Made by a program: the position numbers and the translations under genes. Of a stretch of 64,000 nt of DNA, positions 1 to 10,675 are shown one piece after another. The stretch is from Macrostomum lignano. Lineage: Eukaryota. The notes under the pieces were generated by a model that worked only from the letters and a program-made list of their open reading frames with translations, was not told the DNA's origin and did no database searches. How positions within the stretch are numbered: position 1 is the stretch's first letter; the number at the start of each line of letters is the position of its first letter. Location: contig NIVC01003414.1 in the NCBI GenBank assembly GCA_002269645.1, forward strand, positions 1 through 64,000, written 5' to 3'.

Positions 1-1628
1 GAGGCCAAACAGAATGACTGGAAGTGAAAGAGAGGCCAGACAGAATCACAGGAAGTGAAAGGGAGGCCAGACAGAATGACCGGAAGTGAAAAGGAGGACG
101 ATACAGAATGACCGGAAGTGAAAGGGAGACCAGACAGAATGACCGGAAGTGAAAAGGAGACCAGACAGAATGACCGGAAGTGAAAAGGAGACGATACAGA
201 ATGACCGGAAGTGAAAGGGAGGCCAGACAGAATGACAGAAGTGAAAGGGAGGCCAGACAGAATGACCGGAAGTGAAAGGGAGACCAGACAGAATGACCGA
301 AGTGAAAAGGAGACGATACAGAATGACCGGAAGTGAAAGGAAGGCCAGACGGAATGACTGGAAGTGAAAGGGAGGCCAGACAGAATGACCGGAAGTGAAA
401 GGGAGACCAGACAGAATGACCGGAAGTGAAAGGGAGGCCGAAAAGAATGACCAGAAGCGAAAGGGAAACAGAAATTATGACCAGAAGCGAAAGGGAGGCC
501 AAACAGAATGACTGGAAGTGAAAGGGAGGCCAGACAAAATTACCGAAGTGAAAGGGAGGCCAGACAGAATGACCAGAGTGAAAGGGAGGCCAGACAGAAT
601 GACTGGAAGTGAAAGGGAGACCAGACAGAATTACCGGAAGTGAAAGGGAGGCCAGACAGAATGACTGGAAGTGAAAGGGAGACCAGACAGAATTACCGGA
701 AGTGAAAGGGAGGCCAGACAGAATGACTGGAAGTGAAAGGGAGGCCAGACAGAAATGACTGGAAGTGAAAGGGAGACCAGACAGAATTACCGGAAGTGAA
801 AGGGAGGTCAGACAGAATGACTGGAAGTGAAAGGGAGGCCAGACAGAATGACCGGAAGTGAAAAGGAGACGATACAGAATGACCGGAAGTGAAAGGGAGA
901 CCAGACAGAATGACCGGAAGTGAAAAGGAGACCAGACAGAATGACCGGAAGTGAAAAGGAGACGATACAGAATGACCGGAAGTGAAAGGGAGGCCAGACA
1001 GAATGACAGAAGTGAAAGGGAGGCCAGACAGAATGACCGGAAGTGAAAGGGAGACCAGACAGAATGACCGGAAGTGAAAAGGAGACGATACAGAATGACC
1101 GGAAGTGAAAGGAAGGCCAGACGGAATGACTGGAAGTGAAAGGGAGGCCAGACAGAATGACCGGAAGTGAAAGGGAGACCAGACAGAATGACCGGAAGTG
1201 AAAGGGAGGCCAGAAAGAATGACCAGAAGCGAAAGGGAAACAGAAATTATGACCAGAAGCGAAAGGGAGGCCAAACAGAATGACTGGAAGTGAAAGGGAG
1301 GCCAGACAAAATTACCGAAGTGAAAGGGAGGCCAGACAGAATGACCAGAAGTGAAAGGGAGGCCAGACAGAATGACTGGAAGTGAAAGGGAGACCAGACA
1401 GAATTACCGGAAGTGAAAGGGAGGCCAGACAGAATGACTGGAAGTGAAAGGGAGACCAGACAGAATTACCGGAAGTGAAAGGGAGGCCAGACAGAATGAC
1501 TGGAAGTGAAAGGGAGGCCAGACAGAATGACTGGAAGTGAAAGGGAGACCAGACAGAATTACCGGAAGTGAAAGGGAGGCCAGACAGAATGACTGGAAGT
1601 GAAAGGGAGACCAGACAGAATTACCGGA
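1..1628. repeat. 31-bp minisatellite (GACCGGAAGTGAAAGGGAGGCCAGACAGAAT), about 52 copies, runs off the window start; includes a ~770-bp higher-order duplication
   Basis: Unit periodicity read directly. The variant block GAAATTATGA recurs at 471 and 1243. The array resumes at 13042 after the LTR insertion. Confidence 0.95.
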
Positions 1629-3845
1629 TGATGTAACCACGCTCTGGTCGCGGGATAGGGCATGGGAACTTTTTCGAAAGTGCCTCCTATCCCGTGCACC
1701 CTCTGCACAGAGCTGTCGAGACTCGGCCAGGTCTCCGACCGGGCCTGGAGACTCCCGCTCTGCTGCACCCCTCCTGCTGCCTTGGTCCCGTCTCTCCTGC
1801 CGCCACACCTGCCTTTCCGGAGCCCCTACCCCTTTCTGTACCTCCCCCTCTACCCTATCTCTTCTGTTCCCGCCCTATTCTTCCTGTACTTTCTCTACCT
1901 CCTCCCTTTTTTTGTCTCCCTCTGCACTCTTTTCCTGCGCTGTCCCCTCTTTCCCTGTGTCTACTTACAGTACTTTGTGTGCTCACCGTCTCCCCATCCC
2001 CTCTCAAACTCCCAAACGGTGACGCAAGTCGTGTGACCCCTTCTCCCCCTCGGTGACTCATCGATGACTCATCCCCCTCTCTTGCGCAACCTTTTCTCAC
2101 GCTATTGTTCTCCTTCCCAAATTTCTCATGTGACACCCACCCCACCTCCGCTTCTATTGTTCTCGTTTTTGCTTCTTTTGTTCTCTCGACCCCCACCAAT
2201 TATCACATTTTCTCCGATTTTCTCTTTCTTTTGTTCTCGTTTTCGCACCTAATTATCACCTTTTCTCCAATGTTTACTTTTCCATTGTTCTCAGTTTTCC
2301 CCAATTATCCCCGATTTCCAATTCCTTTGTTCTCGACCCCAGCCCTATTGTTCTCAATGTTTGCTTGCGCAACACTTTCGCGACCACCCGCTGCGCCAAT
2401 TATCCCCCACCCCACCTCCGGATTGCGCAATTTCCCGATTTCTCATGTTGCTATGCCGGTCTCATGCTTCTCATCATGACTCATTCTGACGTCATTCTGC
2501 CGGCAGCCAATCAGAGAGAGGGAGCCATGGTAACGACCTTGAGGAGGCGGCTGTGAGGTCTATAAAAGGAAGCGATTTCGGCATGAGAATACTCAACTGA
2601 GTTTATCTCTGTTCCTCTCCTCGTCCTTCTTTGGACTTGCTGTCAGATTGAGTTCTGACCCATTCGTCTATAAGACGAATCCCTGCCGGTCCGCGGTCTG
2701 TTACCGCCAAGTTATCCTTAGCTCCCCAAGTGAGCTCGCCTATCGGCCAGCGGTCTGATACCGCCCAGCATCATCAGCATCGCCTGATCTACATCAGCGC
2801 CTCGTCGCTCCAGCGCATCGCCGCTTCACCGTCTGCCTGACTGCAGCCTACAGCCGCCCTCGGTCACTCCGCCTCTCTCTCTCTCTGTGCAGCTGCCGGT
2901 AAGTTCCTGCTACTAATTTGTGCTCTAATTGCCTTTGCTTATCCGGGGTTTGCCTATTTTCCATTGTCTGATTAGAGAGCTGAGCCAATTGTGATACCGT
3001 ATCTTTTGCTGTATTTTACTCAATAGTGAAGCCGCCTAATTGCCTGCTTATTTGCCTAAGGGCCTAATTATTAACTATTAACTAACTTCATCATTATTCA
3101 ATCTTTCACCATCATTTCACTCATGGCTTGCTAAGCCTTTCTCCCGGGGTGGCAAAGCATAAGGAAGTTTGGGTAAGCTAATGGCCTCTCCCCGTGCAAA
3201 GCCCGCCTGTGAGTGCGTGCTGCGGGGCCGCGTGTGCGTGCAGTAGAGGGATTAGCGAGTCTTGGCACAGAATGGCAGTAGGAAGGTTGCAACCCCATGC
3301 TAACGCGTCCCTTCGCCCTGAGCAATCTAAACTGTAGACAGTACATGTTCGCCTCATACTACTCTTAGTAATCAAAGTCGCAAGTCAGCCTCGCTCACAG
3401 CCACAAAGGATCCCCTGCTGAGAAATCCTCCAGGATTGAGCCCAGAGTTCCCGATCATGCCCCAAGCAGAGTCCCTGTACTCGGCTGCATGCGTCTCCCC
3501 TGTTAGCCTAAATCCCCTGGTAACCAATCCAGGCGGGGCTCTAGCCTCGAGAGGTCTGGTAGAAAGATCCAGGTGCGCCAGGTCACATAGAGTGGTGGCA
3601 GCCACTCGGTCATACCATGACCGAGTGACCAACTATTGCACCTTGGCTACAGGTGGGGTCCATGTGGGTCCTTGGCCCTCTGGTCACGAAGCGCTACCAA
3701 AGCTACTAATCATGTGGGCGGGACAGTCTGGTGCTGGAGGTCCGTCAGGTCATTGCCCGGTCATAGGCAGCCTACGGTCATTGCCCCCTCTAGCCATGCG
3801 TTCGTCTCTCTACGGAGCGGACAGGCGACAAGGGCGGTTACATCA
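1629..3845 (+). repeat. 5' LTR (2217 bp)
   Basis: TG...CA ends with a 10-bp terminal inverted repeat. Matches 10676-12892 except for about 3 substitutions and 2 single-base indels seen by eye. Confidence 0.95.
2487..2567 (+). promoter_or_regulatory. LTR Pol II promoter: CRE-like TGACGTCA, CCAAT box, TATAAAA (2561-2567)
   Basis: The motifs occur in canonical order and spacing and are repeated in the 3' LTR (TATA at 11609). Confidence 0.65.
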
Positions 3846-3848
3846 AAA

Positions 3849-3866
3849 TGGTGGCAGCGGTGGGAT
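3849..3866 (+). other. Primer-binding site complementary to the 3' end of tRNA-Leu (TGGTGGCAGCGGTGGGAT)
   Basis: 18 nt, 3 nt after the LTR end. It is the reverse complement of the conserved animal tRNA-Leu(AAG/UAG) 3' end ...AUCCCACCGCUGCCACCA. Confidence 0.9.
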
Positions 3867-6196
3867 CTGGTGCAAACAGCGCTGAGTTTCGGACTGGTGG
3901 TTTAGATGTGACAAGCGCACCTGTGGCATCCCTCAGAATGGTGGCCGAAGCGCAAAGAGTGCCATGTCTAAATCTACCAATCGTAAAAATCGCCAATCGT
4001 CATTCTCTTCTCCCATGGCGTGAGGCAACAAAATCCAAAAATATTAATGTAACTTTTCAAATTTTTCGGGCTGCGAATTCGTTCAATTCATTCGAAATTT
4101 CCAAATTCATTCATTCGCCAAAAGCCCCTGATTCAATTTAAAATTAATTTAGCCGATCAGTTTCAGCGCTAGAAAGTGTGAAGTGGTAGACGAGCGGATT
4201 TGATTACAATCAGAATAGCTACCTGGTAACGGAGTGTGTGAAGAACTGCGAAAGTGAATTTTCCGGACTCACTTTCTATTTCATGGTAATATGCTTTATT
4301 TCCCCTCCCTTTCTTTCTCTCGCCTAGCCTACAGCAGAACTGTGTGAGTGTTGAGGTGGACAGCCAGCCAGGTACGGAAGCCTCATCACGCAAGCACAGG
4401 GAAGCTGGAAGCGAAGCATTTCTTTCCTTTGTCCTACCTCTTTCTTTTACTCGGGGAGTGTAACAGTCGCTCTCCCTGATCGCTCAGTTAATCCTAGAAA
4501 TGCGTAGAGACCGGAGCGTGTTTTGTTTGTCCATTAGAATGAACAGCTATCAAGGGCTATGGGGAACTCGCTATATATGCATAGTAAGGGAAGCAGTAGT
4601 CATGGCCTTGGAAACATTGGGGGATACCAAAGTCTCGCAGGAATGGGAATAGCGGTGTGATTGTATCTCTGTAGGGTATCAGTGTGACTCAAAAATCTCG
4701 GGCTAAAAAAAGTGTCACCTCCTATGGAATACCTGCGATCAGCCCGGACCTGAATTCTGCGGTAACCCCTGGTGCCTTCATGGCTGGGATTCGATCCCAA
4801 CGTGTCTGCTGACTCTCCCCACTGTATTGCAGACCCGGTAGTAACTGCTTTGGTTGCATTTGGGCTGGTGCAGTGGCTGGAAATAGTAGATCCCATAGTA
4901 TCCTATTGATAGTGGAGTTCAGTGAGTATTGGAATGGTGTACTGGAAGTCTGGTGGCCCCCAGTGATCTCGTAATGTTTCCTGCTGCATTCTCCTCCTTT
5001 AGTAATTCCTCCCCCCTGCTGTCAGTCTGATAGGGGAGGTGGGTGTGCCAATCAGCCCGACCCGGTAGAACGGCGCTCCTGCCCGACTTGTCAGCCTGGC
5101 CCAGGAAGGCGCTATTGCGCAACTCTTTTCCCCTCTGGCCACTGCAGCCCACTAAGCGCTTAGACGCAGGGTTGCATGCAGTCCCCTAATGTAAAGCCCC
5201 GGTACATAGAGTGCCACCCCAGTGCCCCGCAAGGTCAATAAGACGGGTTGACGTCTCTGGCAACTTGGAATAACCTAGATGGAGGTACCGCTGTCTCCTG
5301 GTAGAACCGGGCGTTCAAGTACAGTAAAGTGGAGAGGCTGACAACTGTAGGACTTTCTCCGCCATCAGATAAAGGTCCCAAGTATGCTATTTCGAGCTGC
5401 AGCAAAGGTGGAGTATCGGAGGGGCAAGCATTTCAGGAAGATACTCACTTAGGTCTGTTTATCCTAGGAAAGCGGGCGAGAGTTTCAGGCTTGTAATCCG
5501 CCTAACCTGAAAACTTCGGGGACAGTTTAGTCTGGACTCCCGCTGCGCGCCTTCGCTCTGAACAGAAGGGGAGGTCTTGGTTTTTGTGGATTCTGCTAGA
5601 CGTAGGGGAGCTGGATTCCCGCCTTTTGTGAAGCTGCGTGTACAAGATTGGTAGTCCTGAGGTGGAAGCCCCACTGGACTCCGACGGTTTTCCGGCTGTG
5701 CAAGGGCAGTAAAGTGGGAGGACCTCCATGGGGATTGCTCCCGCCACTTGGGTTTTTGGGTCCAGGCGCCAACGCTTCTTCGTAGTAGCTTTCTTAAGGA
5801 AATGGGGTCCGGCGCGCAACCCTAGGGGAGAATTTGTACAGGTGCCGTAAGTCCGTTTACGGTCGGCATTTGGGTTCCCTAGCATGGCCGCAAAATGAAG
5901 GTCAAGTCTCTCTGAATAGCCAATTTTTCCCTGTCAGGATGTGCCATAGACAACTGGTAGTGGTAGCCGCAGTTTGAGTCAGTGTGCTTTGCCGAGTGAA
6001 GCCGTTAGGACTGCCTAAATGGAATTATGTGGAGCCACCCGTTTTTCAATTTGTTTTCTTCGACGCCGCAAGTGTGTGAGTTTTGTCTGTGTTTGTGTGT
6101 TTCGGATCAACTTTTCGGTCTTTACCTGTAGTTGCCCCGGTTTTCTTTTCTTTTCCTTCCCGGTGGTGGGTACTCCCCCAGCTATCCGGCATTCAC

Positions 6197-7640
6197 ATGT
6201 CACGGGCGCGTGGAGATAGGGTCGTAGAAGCTGTGTGCGCAGACGCCCCTGGTCAACCACCCTCGGCCGCTGACACCCCAGCAGTTGCCGCCCCCGCAGC
6301 CGCAATGGCCGCAGCCGCTGGTAACCAGGTCCCTCAGCCTCCAGAAGCAGTAGTAGTTGAGGAACCAGATGAAGGAGTAGCAGCTCCCGCTCCCAATCAG
6401 GGTGGCGCAGCAGCCGCCGCTGCTCCCCGGACGCAGCCCAGAATCCTCCTCAGGCAGTCCCGCAGCTAGGAGACTTAGTTGCCGCTATAGCCAATGCGTT
6501 TAACCAGCTAAACATGGGCCAAGACGCCCAGAGGCCGAAAATCTACGTAGAAAAGTTCTCTCCCGGCGAACACTGTTTTGTGCAATGGGTAGAGAGAATG
6601 ATCTACAAGCTGGACGCGGAGAGAACTGTAGGAGATCAGGCTAGGAAGCAGGTGCTCATCTCGCACCTCCCAGGTGAATTTCAGAACTTAGCCTTAGGAT
6701 TGGACGGGCAATTGCCCTTTGAGCAGTTCGTATCTAGATTAGGAGAGCAGTTGGGCGAGGCCAACACTGATCTGGCTAAGAGAAATAAGCTGAAGAATCT
6801 GAGCCAGAAACCCGGCCAATCACATAGTGCTTTTGCTGCTATGATAAGATCTCAGATAACGGCCATGTTTCCTCAGATTCAGGGTGAGCAGAGAGAACAA
6901 GAAATCGTGTACACCTACTTGGAACACGCTAAGCTCCCCCGCCAGGTCAGACAAGATCTGTTGAGCCGTCGCTGGCAGACAATTGAGCAGGTGTTAGAAC
7001 AGCAGCAAGCCCTGTTAGAAGCCGCAGACTTAGCCGGGAAATGGGACAGTAGTGGCCCGCCCAGGTCTGAGTCCCGCACCGAAGTCCGTCTGCAACCTCA
7101 GCAGCCACCCAGGCCCCCTCGCAAGTGGGTCAGGATGGTGAACCAGGAAGCTGACGAGACGGAGGAGGACGGTGACGGCCTATCAGAGATGCAAGAGAGG
7201 TTGGGCGCGCTAGAGCAAACGCAAAAGGATCTGCGCAACCAGCTGGTGCAGCTCAATGAAACTATGAAGGCGACAGCAGAGTCTGTTGCCCAGCTGCCCC
7301 AGCAGATGAGGCCCCCTCGCCCCGCCACTCCCAACAGGAACTGGAGGCAGGGGCAGGGCGGCTCTAATAGCAGTAGGAACTGGCGCCAACCCCAGCCCCC
7401 GCCGCTTGCAATTCAGGAGGCGCCCACGCCGCCGGCGCCGGGTGTGCAGCAGCAGCAATTGCAGCTTCGTGCGCCACTGATCGCCATAGGCAAGATTTAG
7501 AGGAGTGGGGCAGAGATATGTTAGACGAGGCTACCAGGGAGAGGCAGGAGAGGCTCGCCCAGCTGCGCGCGCAAGCTCTGATGCCTCCTCCTTCCACGCC
7601 TGAAGAGCCCCCGGGTTCGGGAAACCCGTGGGAGGGCTGA
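6197..7640 (+). CDS. gag: Gag (Ty3/gypsy capsid-like); as written it needs two 1-nt frameshifts (~6425 and between ~7377-7497)
   Basis: Ala/Pro-rich N-terminus from ATG 6197; core ORF 6514-7500 with capsid-like KLKNLSQKPGQSHSAFAAMIR; coiled-coil segment; an alternative frame open 7377-7640 ends GSGNPWEG* across the slippery site. Confidence 0.75.
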
Positions 7641-7682
7641 ATGGCCCGGCCCGAACTCAGCCCCGTTCCCTCTCTAGGGCCC
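7619..7682 (+). promoter_or_regulatory. -1 ribosomal frameshift signal: slippery G GGA AAC plus downstream stem/pseudoknot
   Basis: GGGAAAC at 7619-7625. Stem GGGCTGA (7634-7640) pairs with TCAGCCC (7657-7663), and loop GGCCC can pair with GGGCC (~7677-7681). A -1 shift enters the protease frame. Confidence 0.8.
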
Positions 7683-8143
7683 AGCTTAACCTGCCACGTC
7701 CGCCCAGCAAGAAGTTTAGATTTGAGAAGGTACCCGATTTCTATCAGCCAAGACCAGCTAGAGGACAACGCGGGAGAGATATTGTTGTAGAGTTGCCAAT
7801 TGAGAATGTTCCCACCCGCCTCCTGGTAGATGGGGGCAGTGCGCTGTCTTTGCTAACAGTCAAAGACTTTACTAAAATTACCGGACAGAGTGTGGAGGCC
7901 CTGGAGCCCCCATGTGTGAAGGCCGTGTCCTACACGGGCAATGAATTAGAGATGCTAGGCCAGGCCACCCTCACAGCAGTTATTGGGCTAGAAGAGGTGA
8001 GAATCCTCTTTCTGGTCGTTGGCAATTCAGCAGCAGTTTCCCTCCTGGGTAGTGCTTTTCTAGCCAGTACGCATGCTATCATAGACTATCGAACAGAAAA
8101 GGTTTACTTGCTAGGTGTGAGTCTCCCATTCGACCCCCGCTGA
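7619..8143 (+). CDS. pro: Retropepsin-like aspartic protease (stand-alone pro ORF, stop at 8141-8143)
   Basis: Active-site motif RLLVDGGSALSLL, flap-like VSYTGNELEMLGQ, and C-terminal LLGSAFL...IIDY typical of retroviral-type proteases. Confidence 0.85.
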   Translation, partial: GKPVGGLNGPARTQPRSLSRAQLNLPRPPSKKFRFEKVPDFYQPRPARGQRGRDIVVELPIENVPTRLLVDGGSALSLLTVKDFTKITGQSVEALEPPCVKAVSYTGNELEMLGQATLTAVIGLEEVRILFLVVGNSAAVSLLGSAFLASTHAIIDYRTEKVYLLGVSLPFDPR

Positions 8144-8734
8144 GTAACAGATCGGTAGCTAGCCAGTGATTGCTTAATTCCCCCCCCCCGATTCGCGTGT
8201 CGAAATTTTGCTCGTGTTGCCCCGTTGGAGACCGCTTTTCGCGTATTTACGTATGCCCTCTATTACTCGAATTTATGTTGTGACCTCGTGCTCGTTGGTG
8301 TTGTTTAAATATCTAAGATTTTAGCTCGAAAATTAGGCCCGTACAGTATGCGTTAATTCCCTATCAGTAAATATTAACTTGGAAACTAGTAAAATTTCTA
8401 TGGGTCTGCTCCACAGGAGGTCCTGCCCGCTGTTTAAGATTTTCTGGGAACAATGGAAGTCTGGGACCGTAGGAAATTAGCACCTTTAGGTCTGATTTCG
8501 TGTGTTTGTTCACACTTTGTGAAAGTCCGATTTTGGAAAACTTTTAATTGGTTTCGATGAGGCAATAGGGGGGGCATTCGATGTAATTAAGTTTATCAGG
8601 CAAATGGGGCAGCAATTAGTTTAGAGTAGGCCAGTGGTTTAGTCAATGTAAAGTCAGGTAAGTAATTAAAGTCAAGTTATGGGGACAGATAGTTTAGAAT
8701 TAGTAAGTTAAGTAAGCATTAAGAACCACCAGCA

Positions 8735-9141
8735 TCAGCAGTTGGGAAGCCGCAGAAATAGCTCCAAGAGCAGTAGCCAGTGCATTGTGAGACCGGCTAT
8801 TAGGGCCGTCGACAGCACGACCAAGTGCCAGGAGCCGTCGGTCTCCACCACAGGGGTTGGCAAGGGCTGTGGAGCGGCAGCCACGGGCGCCACCGCGGCG
8901 ACCGGCGGCGGAGCGTGCGCTCGGGCTGACAACGGCGGTGGTACCGAATGCCAACCGGCCCCGGACGCTGGTTCGCTGGCGGCTCGGCGGTCGCATGGCC
9001 CGGGAGCCGCGGCGCCTATGTCACCAGATGGCGCAGCCGGCCCAGAATCAGAGGGGGCGTCCGGCTCTGAATGGCTGTCTTCGGGCGCTTCGTAGTCGGA
9101 CTCCTCTTCAAGGATGGGCTCGGCTACTAGCGGCCGGAATC
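8735..9141 (-). CDS. Antisense exon encoding an acidic/Pro-Ala-rich polypeptide with a hydrophobic C-terminal segment
   Basis: Acceptor TTCTCATTTTCAG|G at 9141. The only open frame reads FRPLVAEPILEEESDYEAPED...HLVVLSTALIAGLTMHWLLLLELFLRLPNC*. No upstream in-frame AUG was found. Confidence 0.45.
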
Positions 9142-9956
9142 CTGAAAATGAGAATTTAAGGGATGAGATAGGAGTTAGGAAACTAGCAAATTATTAGGAT
9201 GTAGATAGATGGGGATCTTAACTTTATGGCGTGTGATAGTGGCCTTCTTGGGGGTTTCTTCATTTCTTCATTCCCTCTCCTTCTCTTGAGCTCTAGGTGA
9301 TCAAGTAGTGGTAGCCTTATTCCCCGCCTTCTTTTAATAATACACCTCAAAGTGAAGGCAGTTTTTCGTCTTCCTCTCCTCTGGTAGAAGGGCAAATGGT
9401 GACAGTTTCCCCGTGCAATCCACTCTAATTGGTGACGAGGTCCCTCTTTCTCTTCCCTGGTAATGTACAAATGGTGGCAGTTTTCCCTAGCAACCTCTCT
9501 CAAAATGGTGGCGGATCCTCCTTTTCTTTTCTTTAGTAATGCGCCAAGGTGGTGGTAGGTTCCCCTTTCTCTTTTATAATAGTACATCAAACTGGTGGCA
9601 GTCAAATTAATGACTAATTCCTCTTTCAAACTCTTTCGGCTGTTAAGTTTTTGAGGGTTTCGGAGATGTGAATGAGGCCTGTGTGTGTGTTTCTGTGTGT
9701 GCCACTATTTTTAATTTCACTATTTTTCTAATAAAAACTTGTTTTTCTAATATGCCACCTTTTACTAATAATATACGAGTCTTTGTTGTGCGTCAATCAA
9801 ATTCATAAAAATAAGTCTGTGTTGGCCTCTCACTCTTAGTACCGTAAGAAAAGACATATTGTACTACTACAGTTGGCTCAGTTTAATATGAAAGGCATGG
9901 CAAGTGGGTGGATTTCGTTTAACGTATAGGCGAAAGGAAATCAGGTTGGTGATGGG

Positions 9957-10069
9957 ACTTACCGAGTAGTTGTATAGTTTGGAAAATCGCGCTGAGTGCC
10001 TTGGTTGGAAACTGCGACTCCGTGTAGGTTGCAGGCAGCCGGCTCCCGTTATCAGTGGCGCCTTTTATA
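9957..10069 (-). promoter_or_regulatory. Candidate antisense promoter (TATAAAAGG 10069-10061) and first exon ending at donor CG|GTAAGT (9962)
   Basis: Motifs on the minus strand, with the same TATAAAAGG ... CG|GTAAGT layout as the sense LTR promoter. Confidence 0.45.
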
Positions 10070-10658
10070 CAGTGGCCAGCGCACGGCGCGGCGCCTCCCA
10101 GCCTACAACCGATCGCCCCGAAGCCCTCTGACTGGCTGAAGCGGGGTCCGAGCCTTCAAGGACGCTAGGCCTCCGTGCGGTTGAACTCCCGGCGAAATTA
10201 GCTTATTAATTTACTGCGCTGCATTAGTATTTTTCCCCTGTGTAATTGTCATTCTCCCCGAGGCTCTGCCCTTGGCTGTGTGCTAGCAACCCTTCCCCCC
10301 CTTTTTTTTCCCCACTTCCCTCACCCTTCCCCGTTTCCTCTCTTTCCCAGCTGCGCTTCTATCCAATTATGATAATTTATTGTTGACAATTCGCTATTTT
10401 TCTCCCTACTATTGCGCTGTCTGTGTTTCCCCCCTCCCACTTTAGCCACAGCAACAGTTGAAATTTTTGAAATTCTGTATTGCACTCCAACCTATGTATC
10501 TCGTTTTGTGAATTTATTGCTATCCCCTCTATTTTATCGCCTTTTTCCATTCCCGCTCGCGGATTGTTAATTCTGTGATTTCACGTTCGGTTGAGGTCCC
10601 GCTCCCGTCTGTGTGGTTCCATGTTGGGCAGTGATGATGACGGAACCAGTTCCGTCAC

Positions 10659-10675
10659 AAAAGGCAGTGGGGGTG
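10659..10675 (+). other. Polypurine tract
   Basis: Purine-rich AAAAGGCAGTGGGGGTG immediately 5' of the 3' LTR. Confidence 0.7.

Noticed and set aside
1-1628. CRISPR-like appearance of regularly spaced ~30-37-bp repeats here and in other arrays
   Set aside because: The units are head-to-tail with no unique spacers, there are no cas genes, and the context is eukaryotic.
693-1808. Long Ser/Leu/Pro-rich minus-strand ORFs (also 12885-13422)
   Set aside because: They are translations of the 31-bp minisatellite (31-aa periodicity = 3 units), not genes.
1662-3905. Multiple ORFs inside the LTRs (duplicated at 10709-12952)
   Set aside because: They are low-complexity or motif-free. Their duplication only reflects LTR identity, and some differ in length between the two LTRs.
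4781-4806. tRNA T-arm-like string GGGATTCGATCCC
   Set aside because: No acceptor stem, D arm or anticodon arm could be built around it.
3984-6000. Possible degraded pol/integrase in the long leader
   Set aside because: The portions I translated by eye were stop-rich and showed no RT, RNase H or integrase motif. A tBLASTn search would be needed to exclude very old remnants.
6420-6432. The gag frame break as a programmed frameshift
   Set aside because: There is no canonical slippery heptamer. A missing C in a C-run (mutation or sequencing error) explains it more simply.
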